DNA of 63,279 nucleotides, counting the filler, from Reticulomyxa filosa (lineage: Eukaryota > Protista > Foraminifera), in the NCBI GenBank assembly GCA_000512085.1. It is 13 parts of 13 records of this genome, joined end to end, with 100 filler letters (N's around TTAATTAATTAA, not from the genome) between each part and the next. Parts side by side here need not be neighbours in the genome. Positions count along the whole stretch, not along the records: positions 1 to 8,830 come from ASPP01005037.1; positions 8,931 to 13,522 come from ASPP01001271.1; positions 13,623 to 16,503 come from ASPP01019738.1; 10 more parts are not named here. The stretch is one strand, 5' to 3'. How positions within the stretch are numbered: position 1 is the first letter of the stretch; each line of letters opens with the position of its first letter. The notes beneath the pieces are model-generated. The model did not search any database. It was not told the origin of the DNA and worked only from the letters and a program-made list of their open reading frames with translations. Below are positions 1 through 13,669 of the stretch, piece after piece. Made by a program: the position numbers and the translations under genes.

Positions 1-787
1 TATCACTGTAATACAAATGTGTTGCAATTTAGTTGTTGTCGTTGTTTTTCAATATATTTGGGTCATTTCAATCATTCTTCGTTCTATAATAATATAAATT
101 TAATAATATTGATCCTGATTTCCATCCTTTCTTGCATTCTTCTCTACTTTTGCAGTTAAAAATATTTATCATCTTCGAGTTTTTCCTCCTTGGAGAGTCC
201 ATTTGTAAATTAATTTTTTTTATCTCATCAAACTTTTGCAATGAATAATGTTATTTGGAAAAAAAAAAAGGACATCATTCTTTTCTTTTTTTTAAAATAA
301 CAAAAGTGAAAAAGATAACGAAACAGGAGTCCTTCTTTGATGTAATTCAATTAATTAAAAAATATTGAGAAAAAAAATGGTGAACAAATGAGACCCACAA
401 AAAGCTAACATGTATCAATCAACATAAATGTAAAGACACATTGGACAACTTCACTCCACAAGAACCACTCATGTCTGGACCATCTTACCAGTTCCTGCTA
501 TACTTTGGTAGCACTGAGACCACGTCACAGCCTGTTACTGTCTCATACAATCGAATTGCTCCTTGCTGACACTGTTTTTTTTATTTATTTTGAGTTAGTT
601 TGTGGTCTTGTGTTCTATGTGATTAATAATTTTTTTTTGTATGCGTGTATCGTTCTAAACGCGATAAATGCTATGAATGACTTCGAAAGTGTACTGTATC
701 TGTGCCTTTGACGAGGGGGAGTTTCCTACGGTGGTAAACAATTGTCCTTCCATCCGTATCCATAGATGGCGATTATATCACTTTGAT

Positions 788-1168
788 TTACGTATACATG
801 CAAATTGAGTGAAGTACTGACGCCATCCGAAAAGACATGACCAAAATAAAGCCAAATAACTTGTTTACGTTCGAACACCATGTGTCAATGTCGCAAGGAT
901 AAGTTAATGTGTTGCTGTGGAACACCACGCGATATGTGAATGTGGTCGCATTCGTCAACACTTTCAGCTCGTTTTCCACAACTCCTCGTGTGCATCCACG
1001 TTGTGTCGATTTGCTGGCACTGTCACAGTCTTCTGTTGAACAGTTTTGCACTTGATTGCATCCAATGCAAGGGCCGTCCGATGGACATGCGTTCACGTCG
1101 ACTGTCGCTACCAATACCATCCACATAACCAAAGTGCTACACCACAATGATACATTCTTTTTCATCAT
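788..1168 (-). CDS. Hypothetical secreted cysteine-rich protein, first exon; downstream exons (~420-780) uncertain or degenerate
   Basis: MMKKNVSLWCSTLVMWMVLVATVDVNA resembles a signal peptide and is followed by a Cys-rich segment (CPSDGPCIGCNQVQNCSTEDC). Candidate GT-AG introns follow. Confidence 0.4.
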   Translation of the reverse strand: MMKKNVSLWCSTLVMWMVLVATVDVNACPSDGPCIGCNQVQNCSTEDCDSASKSTQRGCTRGVVENELKVLTNATTFTYRVVFHSNTLTYPCDIDTWCSNVNKLFGFILVMSFRMASVLHSICMYT

Positions 1169-1465
1169 TTTTTTTTTTGTTTGGCTGTTCAATAGCTGTC
1201 CATACTTTAAAGATCATTTACAACAATTAAAAAAACTTTATTTTTTTAACTCTCGTGACCCGTTTATTTAATTCGCTGTCAAATAAAAAAAAATTGACTT
1301 TACAATTTTTATTTCCTAAAATTACTAAATTTTTTCGTTACTTATCTTTTTTAATTGTTTTAACTTTAAATACTATTAATTTATGTTTCGATGAACTTTT
1401 TTCTCCCTCCTCTCCCTCTTCATGCTTGTCGCTGATAATCTTTCTTATATCATGCACATTAACAA

Positions 1466-4400
1466 TGACGAGATATTGGTGCAATGTGCTAACGTTTTGT
1501 TTCAATTGCATGCTTACCCTGTGTCGACGTCGTTGCCTTTCTCTCGTACGACGCGCTCGTGGTGCCCAATTTGGCGCGTCTTCTGAAGGCGATGCTGTTG
1601 GTACATGATATCAGATCTCCAAAAACGGAGCATCCAATGGAACCTCTCACACTGGCAACATTTTGTTCATGCCGATGGACATCTTGGAGTTATCAACTCT
1701 GGCCAGTTCAAGTGCCTTTCCAAGGAGGAACACATACACTTGGCCGCGAATTGATCAAAACTCGGAACACATTATTGAAAAAACCAAGGAAATGATAGTT
1801 TCGATCCCCCAAACGCATGGACCATTATTTTATGGAGGTCATGACCACCATCGGAAAAGCATATCGAATATCGAGTTCTTCAATCTTTTGAGAAGTTTTG
1901 ACGAACCTTATCAAAGTTCCGGTCAATTATTACTTGGCTCAAAGAACAGTCTTCCTTTAAGTGGTGCTGCGGAACGCGTGAGATGATGGCAAACGTATTC
2001 ATACGAGATTGAAGTTGTACAGGTATCTTTTTGAAAAAGTTTCACGTCTTGTCACTTTCTACAAATCAAAAGGCAACCAATCAATTTTTTCAAGATGACC
2101 TCTTTTCTCACCCAATAAAAAAAAAAATAAAGTGTAAAACGATTGCAATGTACATAATATACAAACACATGGACAGACATTGGAATGGAGACACAGGTAT
2201 TGCAATTTCTCTACATTTGCAAATAAAAATAAAGCAAAAAAATTGTATGTTGTGTACACTTTTGATATTTCAATAATATGACATGTCAAGAGAATGCAAA
2301 GATATTGTTGTTAATTTCTTGACATTGCTGTATATGATCAAGCAATGCAGCCCATACGATATACGTTATGAAATTAATTGGATGAAAGATTGAGAAATTG
2401 TAATGTGGACATCTTTGCATGCTGGCGGCTCTGAACATCTTGAACACTTAACACAGTCGCTTTTTCCATTTAACTTTTTTTTTTGATTGGAGGCTATGTT
2501 TTTTTTTTAATTCAGTTTAATCTTTTTAAGTGAAAAGGATTTAAATTAAAAAAAGACCAACTTTTTCTTCATTGAACTATAATGAATGTACAAAACAACA
2601 AATTGCATTTTCCAATCGACTCGGCATTTCTATAAATCGTTTGTAATCCATTTAAAATTTTACAAATATATTCGCTTGACCACAAACTTTTTTTATTTTT
2701 ATCTTAAAGTGGCTTTATTGCTCGTTTGACGTCATTTCGTTTCAGTGTACCTAGTAGGGGGCAAACAAATGAGAAAATACTGAGTGGTTATTCTAACACA
2801 ACATGAAATCGTTGTTATTGTTGGTGGCAATGCATGAATTAAATGCATTTGTGGTGATGCCAAACGCAAATAATAGGAACACAAGAAATTGCATTGAGAC
2901 GAACGGGCAAGTACACTCCAATCAACACATCAATATAAATATATTGATAATATCATGTGACAAGTTGCTCAACCAACCAGCCAACTATGTGTGGAAATGT
3001 GAGCAATATCTAAAATTCTACAATGACATGGCATCGACAGTGCAAATTTTCGACAATGAGTCGATGCTATTAAAAATCGAAATTATACGTATTTTCCAAA
3101 GTGATCTTGTTACAAATCCAAATCATTCGCAAGCAAAATGTTGTCCATGAATATGATCATATCCACATCATGTATAGCATCGACTATCTGCAAATTGACC
3201 AGCAAAGCTGTAATGCTCAGGTAAATAACTGTGATAGAAAAATTAAATGGAAAAAAAATATTCTTGAAAAAAAAAGGGTGGTTTACGTATCGCAATAGAT
3301 AGTAAGGGTGATGATGTATTGTGTATGTTATGGATTTGATTCGAAAAGATTCTTTTTAAAAAAAAAACAATAGCGTATTGGCAAATGGCGAAGTAGAAGA
3401 AATAATAGGCACTTCACAGTCGAATAGAGCGTGTAATAATCAAGAGCGAGTATGTTTGCAATCAAGTGTTCCAGGTACAACGTCGCTGCGAGCATAGACT
3501 TCAACAAACAATACTATCTGCAGCCGAGGCAGGTTTATTTTTCTAACATCGTTCGCTGTCAAATCCAATATAGTTCAAATATCAAACTTCGCCGGCTATT
3601 TTGAAAATATTTTCCAATGCTGCAATGTTAAGTTCTTTTTTTTTAACTTCCTTTTTTTGTTTAATAACGAACAAACAAAAATTGATAGCGTGACTACGAG
3701 GTGCCGTTATTGAATGGAAAATGGATGAACGACACATACTTTGACACATTGTCCAGCAATCCGCAATTGCTAGTACAAACTGTGATAGAAAGTTTGTTGT
3801 TGTCATTCCATCGCCCAAAAAACCTTGCCTTTAATGATAGAGGCGCTATTAGCGCAAATGAGGAGACTGGGAGACAACGTATCCGACGATCAAGTCGGTC
3901 GTGGTACCAATCCTCTTTTATGCAAATCAGCGCTCAATTCTTAAAGGCGTGGTTTCTAATGGCACTTAGCCGTCAGCTCATGATATTGCACGCAATAGAC
4001 GAACTGACTCGCATTGCAAATAATAGACTCTTACACACAATGCCCCTAGTCACATACAAGCATTTATATTCAACACTATGTATCAATAGCTCAATCCAAA
4101 ACATCGACAATATCACTGGATGTTGCCAAGTTATTTTCGTTTTGTCTTTTTTATTGTTGCAATTATAGATATTATTCTTTTGTTTATTACTTGTGTATAG
4201 AACTCGTGGAGATAGGCAATGGCAGACAATGGGAACAAATAATTGTTGGAATTGGAAGAGCAGCAAAGATTGAATGAATACCACATACTGTTGTAGTTTG
4301 CAATGCGAGTGGTGCATTGCAATATGAAGCACCAAGAGAAGGTAAAGTCTTTTGTTTTTCATTATGTTCAATTTATAACTATGACTTGCGCGTTTGTTTA

Positions 4401-7400
4401 CAATAGAACACTATCTAATGCAATAAAAAGAAAGAAGAACATGGGGTAGAAACCATCCCCGTCTCCGCAAGGAGGAACACAGGTTTGTTCATTTACTCCT
4501 TTTTTAAAATATGTTCAAATGTTGTATTATTTATAATAGGTTCCCCCGCCCGCAAAGATGTACAGATTTGTCCATCATATACACACAAAAAAAAATAAAT
4601 GGGGTTGAAATCTACACTGCATCAAATAAAAAAAAGAAAGGTTTGTGTAAGTTTATTTTTATTTATTTATATATTGTTTTCTTATAATTTGATGTATTTG
4701 TGATAAATAGGAATTCGCCCTTCAAAGAAAAAATGATATATATGTACATATATGTATATTTATTATTTATTTGTTGTATCCCTCCAAAAAAGAACAAACG
4801 CATTTGAAGTGTTTACAGCAGGAAAAAAGAAAATGAAAATTGGATCGTGCTACACTGATCAAAGTTATAATATGTTTTTTTACTTGTTCTTTAAAATATT
4901 ATAAAATATACTTTGTCTTTGTGTGCATGTAGACATATTGGACAAAAAAAGTATGTTATAGGTATTTTTCTTAAAATTGTATTTGTGAAAAAAAGGGGAT
5001 AAAATTGGGTAATACGTGGGGGTGGGGGGAAAAAGGATCAAAAGTAATAAGATAGAAGAAAGAAAAAAAAGTAGTAATAAAAAAAAAGATAGAACATTAA
5101 ATTAAAAAAAAGTTAGAAGAAAAAAGGAAAAAAAGGTGATAGAAAAAAGGGAAAAAAAGGAGATAGAAAAAAGAAAAAATAAGGAAATAAATAAATGAGA
5201 AAAAAAAGAAAATAAATGAAAGTGAAAAAAAATTATATTTGAAATTGTAGTTTTTGATTTTTTTAAATTGGAAAAGTGATTGTTATTCAGCGCAGGATAA
5301 CAACGTCAGTTAAGTAATATATCATTTTTGTTATGTATGTTTGTTACAAAAAATAAATATAAAACATAAGTATAAATTACAGAAATTGAATCGTATCATA
5401 ACATAGCACGACGAATGATGACAATATCAATGAACACAAAGGCAATACCAAGAGCAAATGGCAACAGCAACGAGAACGAGAATGAAGAAAAGAATAATCA
5501 ATTTTGCAAAGGATGCGAACAAAGACTCGATAATACGCATAAGCAATACGAAAGGCAATTATAAAATGAAAACCCCAAATGTATGACATCAGTCTTTGGA
5601 GAAGAACTCGACGCAGTAATCTAATATTTCAATTTGGGATTCGTTTTTTATATGCGGTTCGAGGTAATAAAGATATCTAAGTGAATTGTTGTTAGAAGTG
5701 GGCAATGTACGTAATTCAATGATTACAATACAACTAACACTGCTCTAATTTTAAAATGTCAATACGCTTCCAACAGAGCTCTGGCCCTATACTTAACATA
5801 AAAGTTTTTCCTGGAAACCAACACAACTAATAGTCGCAGCATCCAGTTCAATTGATTCAAAAATCAACATATATTCGTTTGTCGAACAAAGAAGGCACAG
5901 TGAATAATTTGCGCTTCCAAGCTATTTCCGAAATCACGTTCGATTGACTACCAAACGTACCATATTGTCCAAAGAGTTCAATTTTGTCTATTCTAGAATC
6001 TTAGGCAGATTCGTGCGAGCTCTGATAAGTATTATACATTCAATAATTTACAATTGGTGCGTCATTCATATATATGTAAATTTGAAACAAAAACTTTATT
6101 CAAATGAAAGTGTTAGTGGTTATTAATAGTCTGTCCAAATCAGAGTCGGTACATAATACGTATCCTATTGCTGACCATATCTTGACTTAATGGGAAGCAG
6201 ATGGTATTGGTAATGTTATGGCTCATCTAAACTCATCCGGGAATAGCTGCTCATATTACTTCCTCTCCAAATCGTGCTGCTACAGGCATTCAATGTTGAG
6301 CTTATTAACACGGCCTGCAGACAAATGAATTGGAACCAGATTCAGCAATCTTGGGATCGACTCCACAAATTGGTCAATTGGAATTTGAGAATCAATTTAA
6401 AATTACACTGCCTGTCTTAAAATGTATTAAACTGAGGATGCAAAAACAACGTGCCCTATTTAAGGTATATATTATTTGTATCATACTTTCAGTTATTGTA
6501 ATAATGTCTTAATCAAAATAATGTTAACATGGATCTTTTCCTTGTAGAATGATGTGGAAAAAAAGAAGAAGAAGAGTAAATTAAGAGAAGGAAAAAAGAA
6601 AAAAGCAAACATGCCGATCAATAGTATTAGTGACACATGGATTATATCAAGAATATAATAAGTAATAATAATCGTGCAAGGTAATAAATCCATAAAAGGT
6701 GCTGACACGTGTCTCAGCAAGACTATTAGTTATGGATGATATTTATGGAAATAAGACACTAGTGACAATGAATTATTATGTGTTTGCAATATTCAGATCA
6801 CGTGCAATACTTTTACTCGCTCAATCTGACTTATCAACGCGCCTAATTTGTCAAACATCAATCGCTCCTTTTTACATGAATTTGTAATTATACAGTATGT
6901 GACTTCAGATATTGACACACCAAAGATGCTGAAAAAGGTTTCCAAAATACAATTGCTATGATTTTTGTGTTTGACTTGGTAGAAAATATTCTGCAATTGG
7001 ATTGATGATTGGACTGTTTTTTTCAACGTAAAAAAAACTGTTATTATCATCATCAAGTAAAATTGGAAGGAAATGATTGAATTCATTGATTTGGATGTAT
7101 TTGAAAGAAGATTGAAGTTAAAAGAATATTGCTTATTTTTGTGTTTTTTTCTAAACAATTTGAATTAATGTGTTGTTTTTACAAGGACTAGAACACATTA
7201 AGTCCAAATGGTGAAACCTCAAATGAAAAAGAAGAAGACACGTATAAAAATGTTGGAGCAAGTATTACCTTTCCTGATGAGCAAATCCAACATCGAATGA
7301 ACTCAACCAAAAATGCAGAAGAACTAATTTCTGCAGAAACAGATGATTTTGCAAGAACAGCCCCATCCGACAATGCGGAATGAATTAGGAACAAAAAGAG

Positions 7401-8200
7401 GCGTCAAACCCTCGTTGGATATCAGAAGACTTTGAAAAAATGCATATTGAATCATTGACTCGAATATTGAAGCGTCTGCAAATGTCAAAGCAGAAACGAG
7501 CTCCGATCCTTTTTGAAGAAATATTGTAGTGTCAATGAAACGGAAATATTTGGTAATCTCCGCATTGCAACAAAAGATCATGGACAAGCAACACTATTTT
7601 CACAACTGCATAAACCTTGATCACATTAAATCTCACAAAGAATCCACAAATCATTATAAGAAGATATTCCATTTCCGGTATCTTTAGTAGCTCGGTATAC
7701 GTCAAGTGAAAAAAGCAATGTTTAATTATTTATATTAACTGTAAATAGTGAACAATGCTTCAAATCAATTGCTGGTTAATGTCAGTATTCGTTTTTTTTA
7801 AAGTGTTGGGATTTAATGTTAAATAATGTGTGTTATATACATACTCTATTTCTTTTTTCCTATATGCTATGTAATATCATATTGATTAATACAAAACAAA
7901 ATAGCCGAAGAAATGCATAAATCTTATTTCTTTTCCAGCACAAGGTTATTGCTGACATAAGTAGACAATATGCAGAATATGAGCACAAATGATAATGCAA
8001 AATATGTTCATTGACAGACCCTATCGGCGCATATTTCGTCTTCAAGTCGACCATTGAACATTTCGAATATTTTGTTATTTGAAATATGTATTGGATTAAA
8101 CAAGAAGAAGCAAGTCGATGCGATTAACAAAAGTACAATATAAAATAAGTATATGGACTCAAAATTCTTCGAGAAAAAATGCAGACATTGCTTTGTCTCT
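1466..8200 (+). pseudogene. Degenerate multi-exon coding remnants of unknown family
   Basis: Coding-like blocks are broken by stops (for example 1466-1986 is one frame with an internal TGA at 1606-1608; also 3701-4168 and ~7190-7620) and separated by GT..AG AT-rich segments. No domain recognised. Confidence 0.25.
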
Positions 8201-8442
8201 TTTCTTATGATTATCATTATTTTGTTCCTTTTTCTTTGTGTGTAGTTTAGTTCAGTGAGATTAACCGCAAAAAAAAAATTACATTATTGACTCTTGTTTA
8301 CGTTGATGCGATTTTATATTAGTGTAAAGAAATTGTGATAAAATATTGAATTATCTCATTATGTTTTCTTTAAAGATTGCATTGTAATTTCTTTTTTTAA
8401 ATACAAAACTCTTGTATTCTTGGTCTCTAAACCATTCATAAA

Positions 8443-8815
8443 TCACACTACCCAAACGAATTCGATATCCAAATTGTGACTTCTCAAATAACAATTCTGT
8501 GCGTCCGTTTGAATTGGACAATATGGCCAATCTTTTACAATTGATTCTACACTCCCCTCACAAGGAAAATTATTACCACTACAGTACAAATGTTTCATAC
8601 TATCATTGCTATCACTGTCTTTCAATATTGTTGCTCTTTTAACATATCGTTTTAACCATTCTTTGCTTTCATCAAGGTTTGGACCATTTGATTTGAAATA
8701 AGCAATTAAATAGGGTTGAATTAATCCATGCTCATTAACTGAATGAGATTTATTGAAAGGAACTGTTTTCATCCATCGATTATCCACGCACCAAAATAGA
8801 ACCCAATATTTTACA
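8443..8815 (-). CDS. Hypothetical protein, C-terminal fragment near contig end
   Basis: Open frame of about 120 aa with globular-protein-like composition; no family recognised. Confidence 0.35.
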
Positions 8816-8830
8816 CAAACTCAAATAAAT

Positions 8831-8930
8831 NNNNNNNNNNNNNNNNNNNNNNNNNNNNNNNNNNNNNNNNNNNNTTAATTAATTAANNNNNNNNNNNNNN
8901 NNNNNNNNNNNNNNNNNNNNNNNNNNNNNN
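8831..8930. other. Artificial contig linker N44-TTAATTAATTAA-N44 (first of 12; others start at 13523, 16504, 22283, 25481, 33033, 37399, 40304, 44884, 48762, 58681, 61967)
   Basis: The same 100-nt spacer with a six-frame stop cassette occurs 12 times, and genes are cut off at these points. Confidence 0.99.
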
Positions 8931-8971
8931 TTATATATGTATATAATGTGAAAGCATGTGCAATATAACGT

Positions 8972-10796
8972 ATGTTTAGCATCAAACACGAAAGTAAAAC
9001 AAACTCGGAAGATGCAATCGATAATTCAAAGCAATGGGATGACAATGAATTAACTGGAAAGACCACTTGTCAGAAGACGTTGCGCTATGCGAAGCACTTT
9101 GAACTAGTTGACACATGTGCAAACGAATCTTCGTTTATGGAGCAAATGAAATTGCATGGACTGTCATTTCCGGTGGTGGTCAAGCCACCAACAAGTTCTG
9201 GGACGGAAGGAGTGAGATTGGTCTACACGTATCAAGGATTGCGCAGAGTGGCCGAGAAACATTGGAATGAACAGAACTGTGAATCCAATACCAATGAATC
9301 CTTGCTTGTCATGGAGTATTTGCAGGGATTCGAATATGTCGTCAATTGTGTTTCTGTCCATGGTGTACACAAATGTACCGATATGTGGCACGCCATCAAA
9401 TCGATTTACGCGGATCAAACATATATAAACAAGTCAACAGCATCCACATTACAGGATAACGATATCAAAGAGGATAGACAGGCCATTGGCTCTTCTTCTC
9501 CTCTCACGCTATCTTCACAACCCGATATGCCATATTGCTTTCGTTATGAGTCTCAACAATTGATCACAGCACCCAATTCGCCTTACAACAATTATCAATG
9601 TCGTCGTGTCATTGAATACGTATTCGATGTCATGACACTGTTCGGAGTCTCTCATGGCTGTGCCCACGTCGAGGTTATGTATTTGCCTTGTGAAGACACC
9701 ATTTGCTTAATCGAATTGAATGCGCGAATGCATGGAGACTTGCCTCGTGCGACAGATCTGATTGGCTATAACCAATTGTCCATATTCGCTTTAAGTCATA
9801 TGGCGCCCATGAAATTTTTCAAGGATATCCCTCCTATCTATCGTGATGTTGGTGATATCAAGTTTAACAAACGTTTCATCAAGTCACCTTTTGCATCGCA
9901 CAATGCTGGGAATTCATCGCTTGCGCAAAATGAAACTAATCACTCCAATGACAGTTCATCATACTCTGCTATCCAATTTTTAAAACAGTTTATTTTTTTT
10001 AATTGTTGAATTGTAAGTAATGTATTATTCGACTTCAAAATATATTTATATTGTATATGTATATATACAATATAATTGTCGTCACATTTATTTAAATAAA
10101 AAAAGATCACTTTCGTTTGCAAAGAATCATTTCAAGACAAGAGGAACGGATGAAAAACAAGTGGAAATAGATCACAACATAAACACGCTCGATCCTATTC
10201 CATTCAATCCTTATTCGAATGAAAGTGTGAGAGTAATTTTTTTGCACGCAAACCGTGATGGATACATCAATTTTGACGTATTGGTTTCAATATCACAATT
10301 ACCGACTTTCAAACGGTTTACACGCTCTTTGAATAATGCATTGGAACAGTATTTACAATTGGATAGTTTATCGGAGTACGTTCTCAAAGAGAGGCAAAAA
10401 ACTATTGCTTTGAAAAAGCTAAATCGAATTAAATCGTTAGAAGGGGATGACGAAAAAAATACACATGACACAACAGATCGTAATGACGATGATGAGAGTG
10501 CTGATGATAGCAATAATAGTGAACATAAACAGAACAACAACGAAGATAACATATTTGATGCCGGCATGGGTGAGTATTATATCTCATTAGAAAAATATTT
10601 GACTTTTGAAACTGTTTATCGAGAATGCTTGCAGGAATTAAAACAAGCACATCGGGTTACAAAGACTATGGACTTGATCACAAGTCCTGGATGTGTCATC
10701 TTGCAAGGCAATATTGACGACATGACACAAGACACTGCCGTCATTCGACAATTTGAGAATGCAAATGATAGAAACGGGTTATATGAACACACTTGA
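8972..10796 (+). CDS. ATP-grasp protein, L-amino-acid ligase / NikS-BacD-like family (5' truncated; intron ~9988-10105)
   Basis: ATP-grasp motifs in order: FPVVVKPPTSSGTEGV, LLVMEYLQGFEYVVNCVS, GCAHVEV, LIELNARMHG, plus C-terminal KTMDLITSPGCVIL. A phase-2 GT-AG intron joins the two ORFs in frame. Confidence 0.85.
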
Positions 10797-11532
10797 TTTT
10801 TCTCGTTGGTTGTCTTTCTCTTTCAAGCGTTGGTTTTTTTCCTTGATTTGCTTACATACAAAATTGGCAGTGTTCAAAAGCAGCTACTGTACCATCTTTT
10901 GGAATTATTTTCAACAACTTTAATTTCAAAAAATAGTACTATTATGGTTTCTCATCTTTTTCACTTGAATTTTGAGAAATAAACTACTTTTTTGCTATCT
11001 TTCAATTACTGGACTACCTAAAGTAATTAATACGCAGATAGTTTGTTAACATTGCAATGGAGCCATTTTTAAAACTTGTTCTAAATTAAATATTTAAAAT
11101 AAATGATGGCGACTTTTCAACGCTTGTAAAACAACAGCACGGGAAAAAGGATATTTTAAGGGTTTTTAAAAGGGAGAGTTTAAGAACAAACTAGAAACAT
11201 AAAGTAAAACAATGAATTGAAGAAGATAGAACAAGTAATTACAAAGTCATTTTTTGTCAACTGCTATATATCTTGGTTTGAAATAATGAATAAAACAAGA
11301 AACAATAAACGAAACTAACGAGAATACAACTGTTTACTACATTCAAGATAGATTTAGTCTATTTTCTGAAATAAAAATTTATTATTAGGGAACGTGGTGG
11401 AAATATCGTTACATTCTGGTATCACCTAATGTTTCAAAATTGTAATGTCCTGATGAATTTAATATTTCAATATTTAGACTATGTTTGAAGCAAAACGAAG
11501 AAAAGAAATTTAATTTAAAAATATATTAAAAC

Positions 11533-11946
11533 ATGCAAGTTATTAAATCTGCATTTGAAGAAATGTTTGACAATTACAGAAAGATAGACTATACAAATAT
11601 ACACTTTCATTATAAATACAAATCACTATCGCTACATCATATTCAAAATAATAATGGTAATGTAAATAGCGAAATAGAAGAAAAAGAGAAAGAGACTGAA
11701 AATCCAAAAATAGAAAAGGACAGCAAAGGAAAAGTTAAGAAACCATCGTGGGAGCAAATCCGGATACTTTCACAACGAGTAGAAAAATTACATCTAGACA
11801 GTATTGTAAATGAAAAATCCAACAAGACCGAACTAGTTGAGAAAAAGAAACTCATACCCAAGAGCAAAAATACTAAAGTTGTGAAAAGTATGTCCGAAGA
11901 TGCTGACGAAGATGAAGAGAAAGAAGAAAATACAGATTTATTTTAA
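11533..11946 (+). CDS. Hypothetical Lys/Glu-rich protein or pseudogene fragment
   Basis: 137-aa ORF. The same frame extends upstream through two TAA stops (GTWWKYRYILVSPNVSKL*CPDEF...IY*NMQVIK). Confidence 0.3.
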   Translation: MQVIKSAFEEMFDNYRKIDYTNIHFHYKYKSLSLHHIQNNNGNVNSEIEEKEKETENPKIEKDSKGKVKKPSWEQIRILSQRVEKLHLDSIVNEKSNKTELVEKKKLIPKSKNTKVVKSMSEDADEDEEKEENTDLF

Positions 11947-12035
11947 ACAAAGAGCAAGTTCAAACAAAAATACTTTAGAGTTTTTCTTTACAACCAAAGT
12001 CACATACACAAATTTGATACTTTTTTATTTCATAT

Positions 12036-13522
12036 CTAAAAAATCTTCTTGCTCGATTTCACTTCGACTTCTCTTGCGAGGGGCCATACGAGGAAACGCC
12101 ATATCATGCACACATGCAGAACGGAACGTAAATAAGATCCCATAGGAGCATAAAATTTCACTTTTGGGGCCACACAGGCAGTACACCAACTTTCTTCAAC
12201 TGTAAAAGAATGAAAAATTTGAAAACTTAGCTTGTTTTCTGAGTCAACATGCGCCAAATCTTGAACTGAGATTGACAAGCTATTTTCTTTCGCGTCCTCG
12301 ATCTTTTCTTCGACCCCCATCTCATTTTGAACAGGCTCACCAGTATCTAAATCGATTGATCCTTCATCTTCCTCTTATCTTCCTCTTCATCTTCTTCATC
12401 ATGTTCTAATTCTCCATCATACTTTTTCTCCATTTCCATACAAATATTAAAAAAAACTATCATGGGATTCCGCAAGCCGGCGACCGGTCTCCTCCAAATT
12501 TCTTGCGAAAAGTAAACGACTAAATTTATCTTCAGCTTCAGTGTTTTCATCGTCAGTATCAGCATCTCTTTCTTCTTTCATTTTAACATCTTTTTCATCG
12601 TAAAACAGTACACATGAAAGTTTCAGTTGGGGCAGACATTACGTGTGAAGATACGTTAGTTTTTGCAAAAAGGTAAAAAAAGCGAAACAATAAAATAAAC
12701 AGAAAAAAGTTTACCCCGGTCCTGAACTCAAAAATAAAATCCTATGTTTTACAAATTTTTCAAGACTAATTATGGGCGATGTATTTCTGCAGTTTCAGGA
12801 TTCAAATATTTACGTTCTTTTTCCACTTTCTTTTCAATTTCAATTAACATACTATCTCTTCTGTCACAACGCTCTCGTCAAATTTCCCACCATCTGTTGC
12901 AATTCGGTTACTGTTGCAACTGTTTTTGCTCCAAATATGTTTTTCATTTGTCTTTTTCTCTTTTTTCTTTATCAATTCTAATTTTCTCTCTTTCCTGATT
13001 TTGTATTTCTTTTAATTTGCTTTGGAATACCATTTTTTCCAAATTTATCTGCTTTCCTATCAAAAAAATCCTTGAGATCCTTTGCCCTATTAATTGAACC
13101 AGATCCAATAGCATGAATAGCATTTTTCACCGTTTGCAAATTATAAGAGGCAGTAAATCCATTTCTTTCCTATCTATCACATCATTTTCCAAATAATTTC
13201 TAATGACTTCTAACCTCGCCAATAACAATTTTTTTTTCAGATCCAAATTTTTCTGTTTCTTTAACCAATTTTTTCATAAAAGAATTTACATCTGTCTTAT
13301 AAGAATATCCTTGCATATTTCCAATTTCCATTGCATTACGAAATAATTCATTTGCTTTCTCCATTTATCTTCGCATTTTTTCTTCATCTCAACCATTTTC
13401 GCATTCTCATATTGTTAACGAGCTCATGTATTTTTTGCTACTTTCCGCTGCCTTTCTTTTCCCTCTTTTGTCTCATCATTTCTCTATTAATTCTGATTCT
13501 GATTCTGCCCTGGTTTGAGGGA
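12036..13522 (-). pseudogene. Frameshifted charged/coiled-coil gene remnant
   Basis: Coding-like stretches such as EKANELFRNAMEIG and acidic DEEDEEED switch frames and contain stops. Confidence 0.3.
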
Positions 13523-13669
13523 NNNNNNNNNNNNNNNNNNNNNNNNNNNNNNNNNNNNNNNNNNNNTTAATTAATTAANNNNNNNNNNNNNNNNNNNNNN
13601 NNNNNNNNNNNNNNNNNNNNNNTTTTTTTTTTATGTGCTTGCTTGAAAATAAATGATCTATGATTTTAC

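Noticed and set aside
778-780. Possible selenocysteine TGA at an exon start in the Cys-rich secreted protein
   Set aside because: An alternative phase-2 donor gives a stop-free exon, a later TAA also interrupts the frame, and I could identify no SECIS.
4985-5235. Purine-rich tract with degenerate GATAGAAAAAA units
   Set aside because: Low-complexity sequence typical of this genome; no defined unit or flanking structure.
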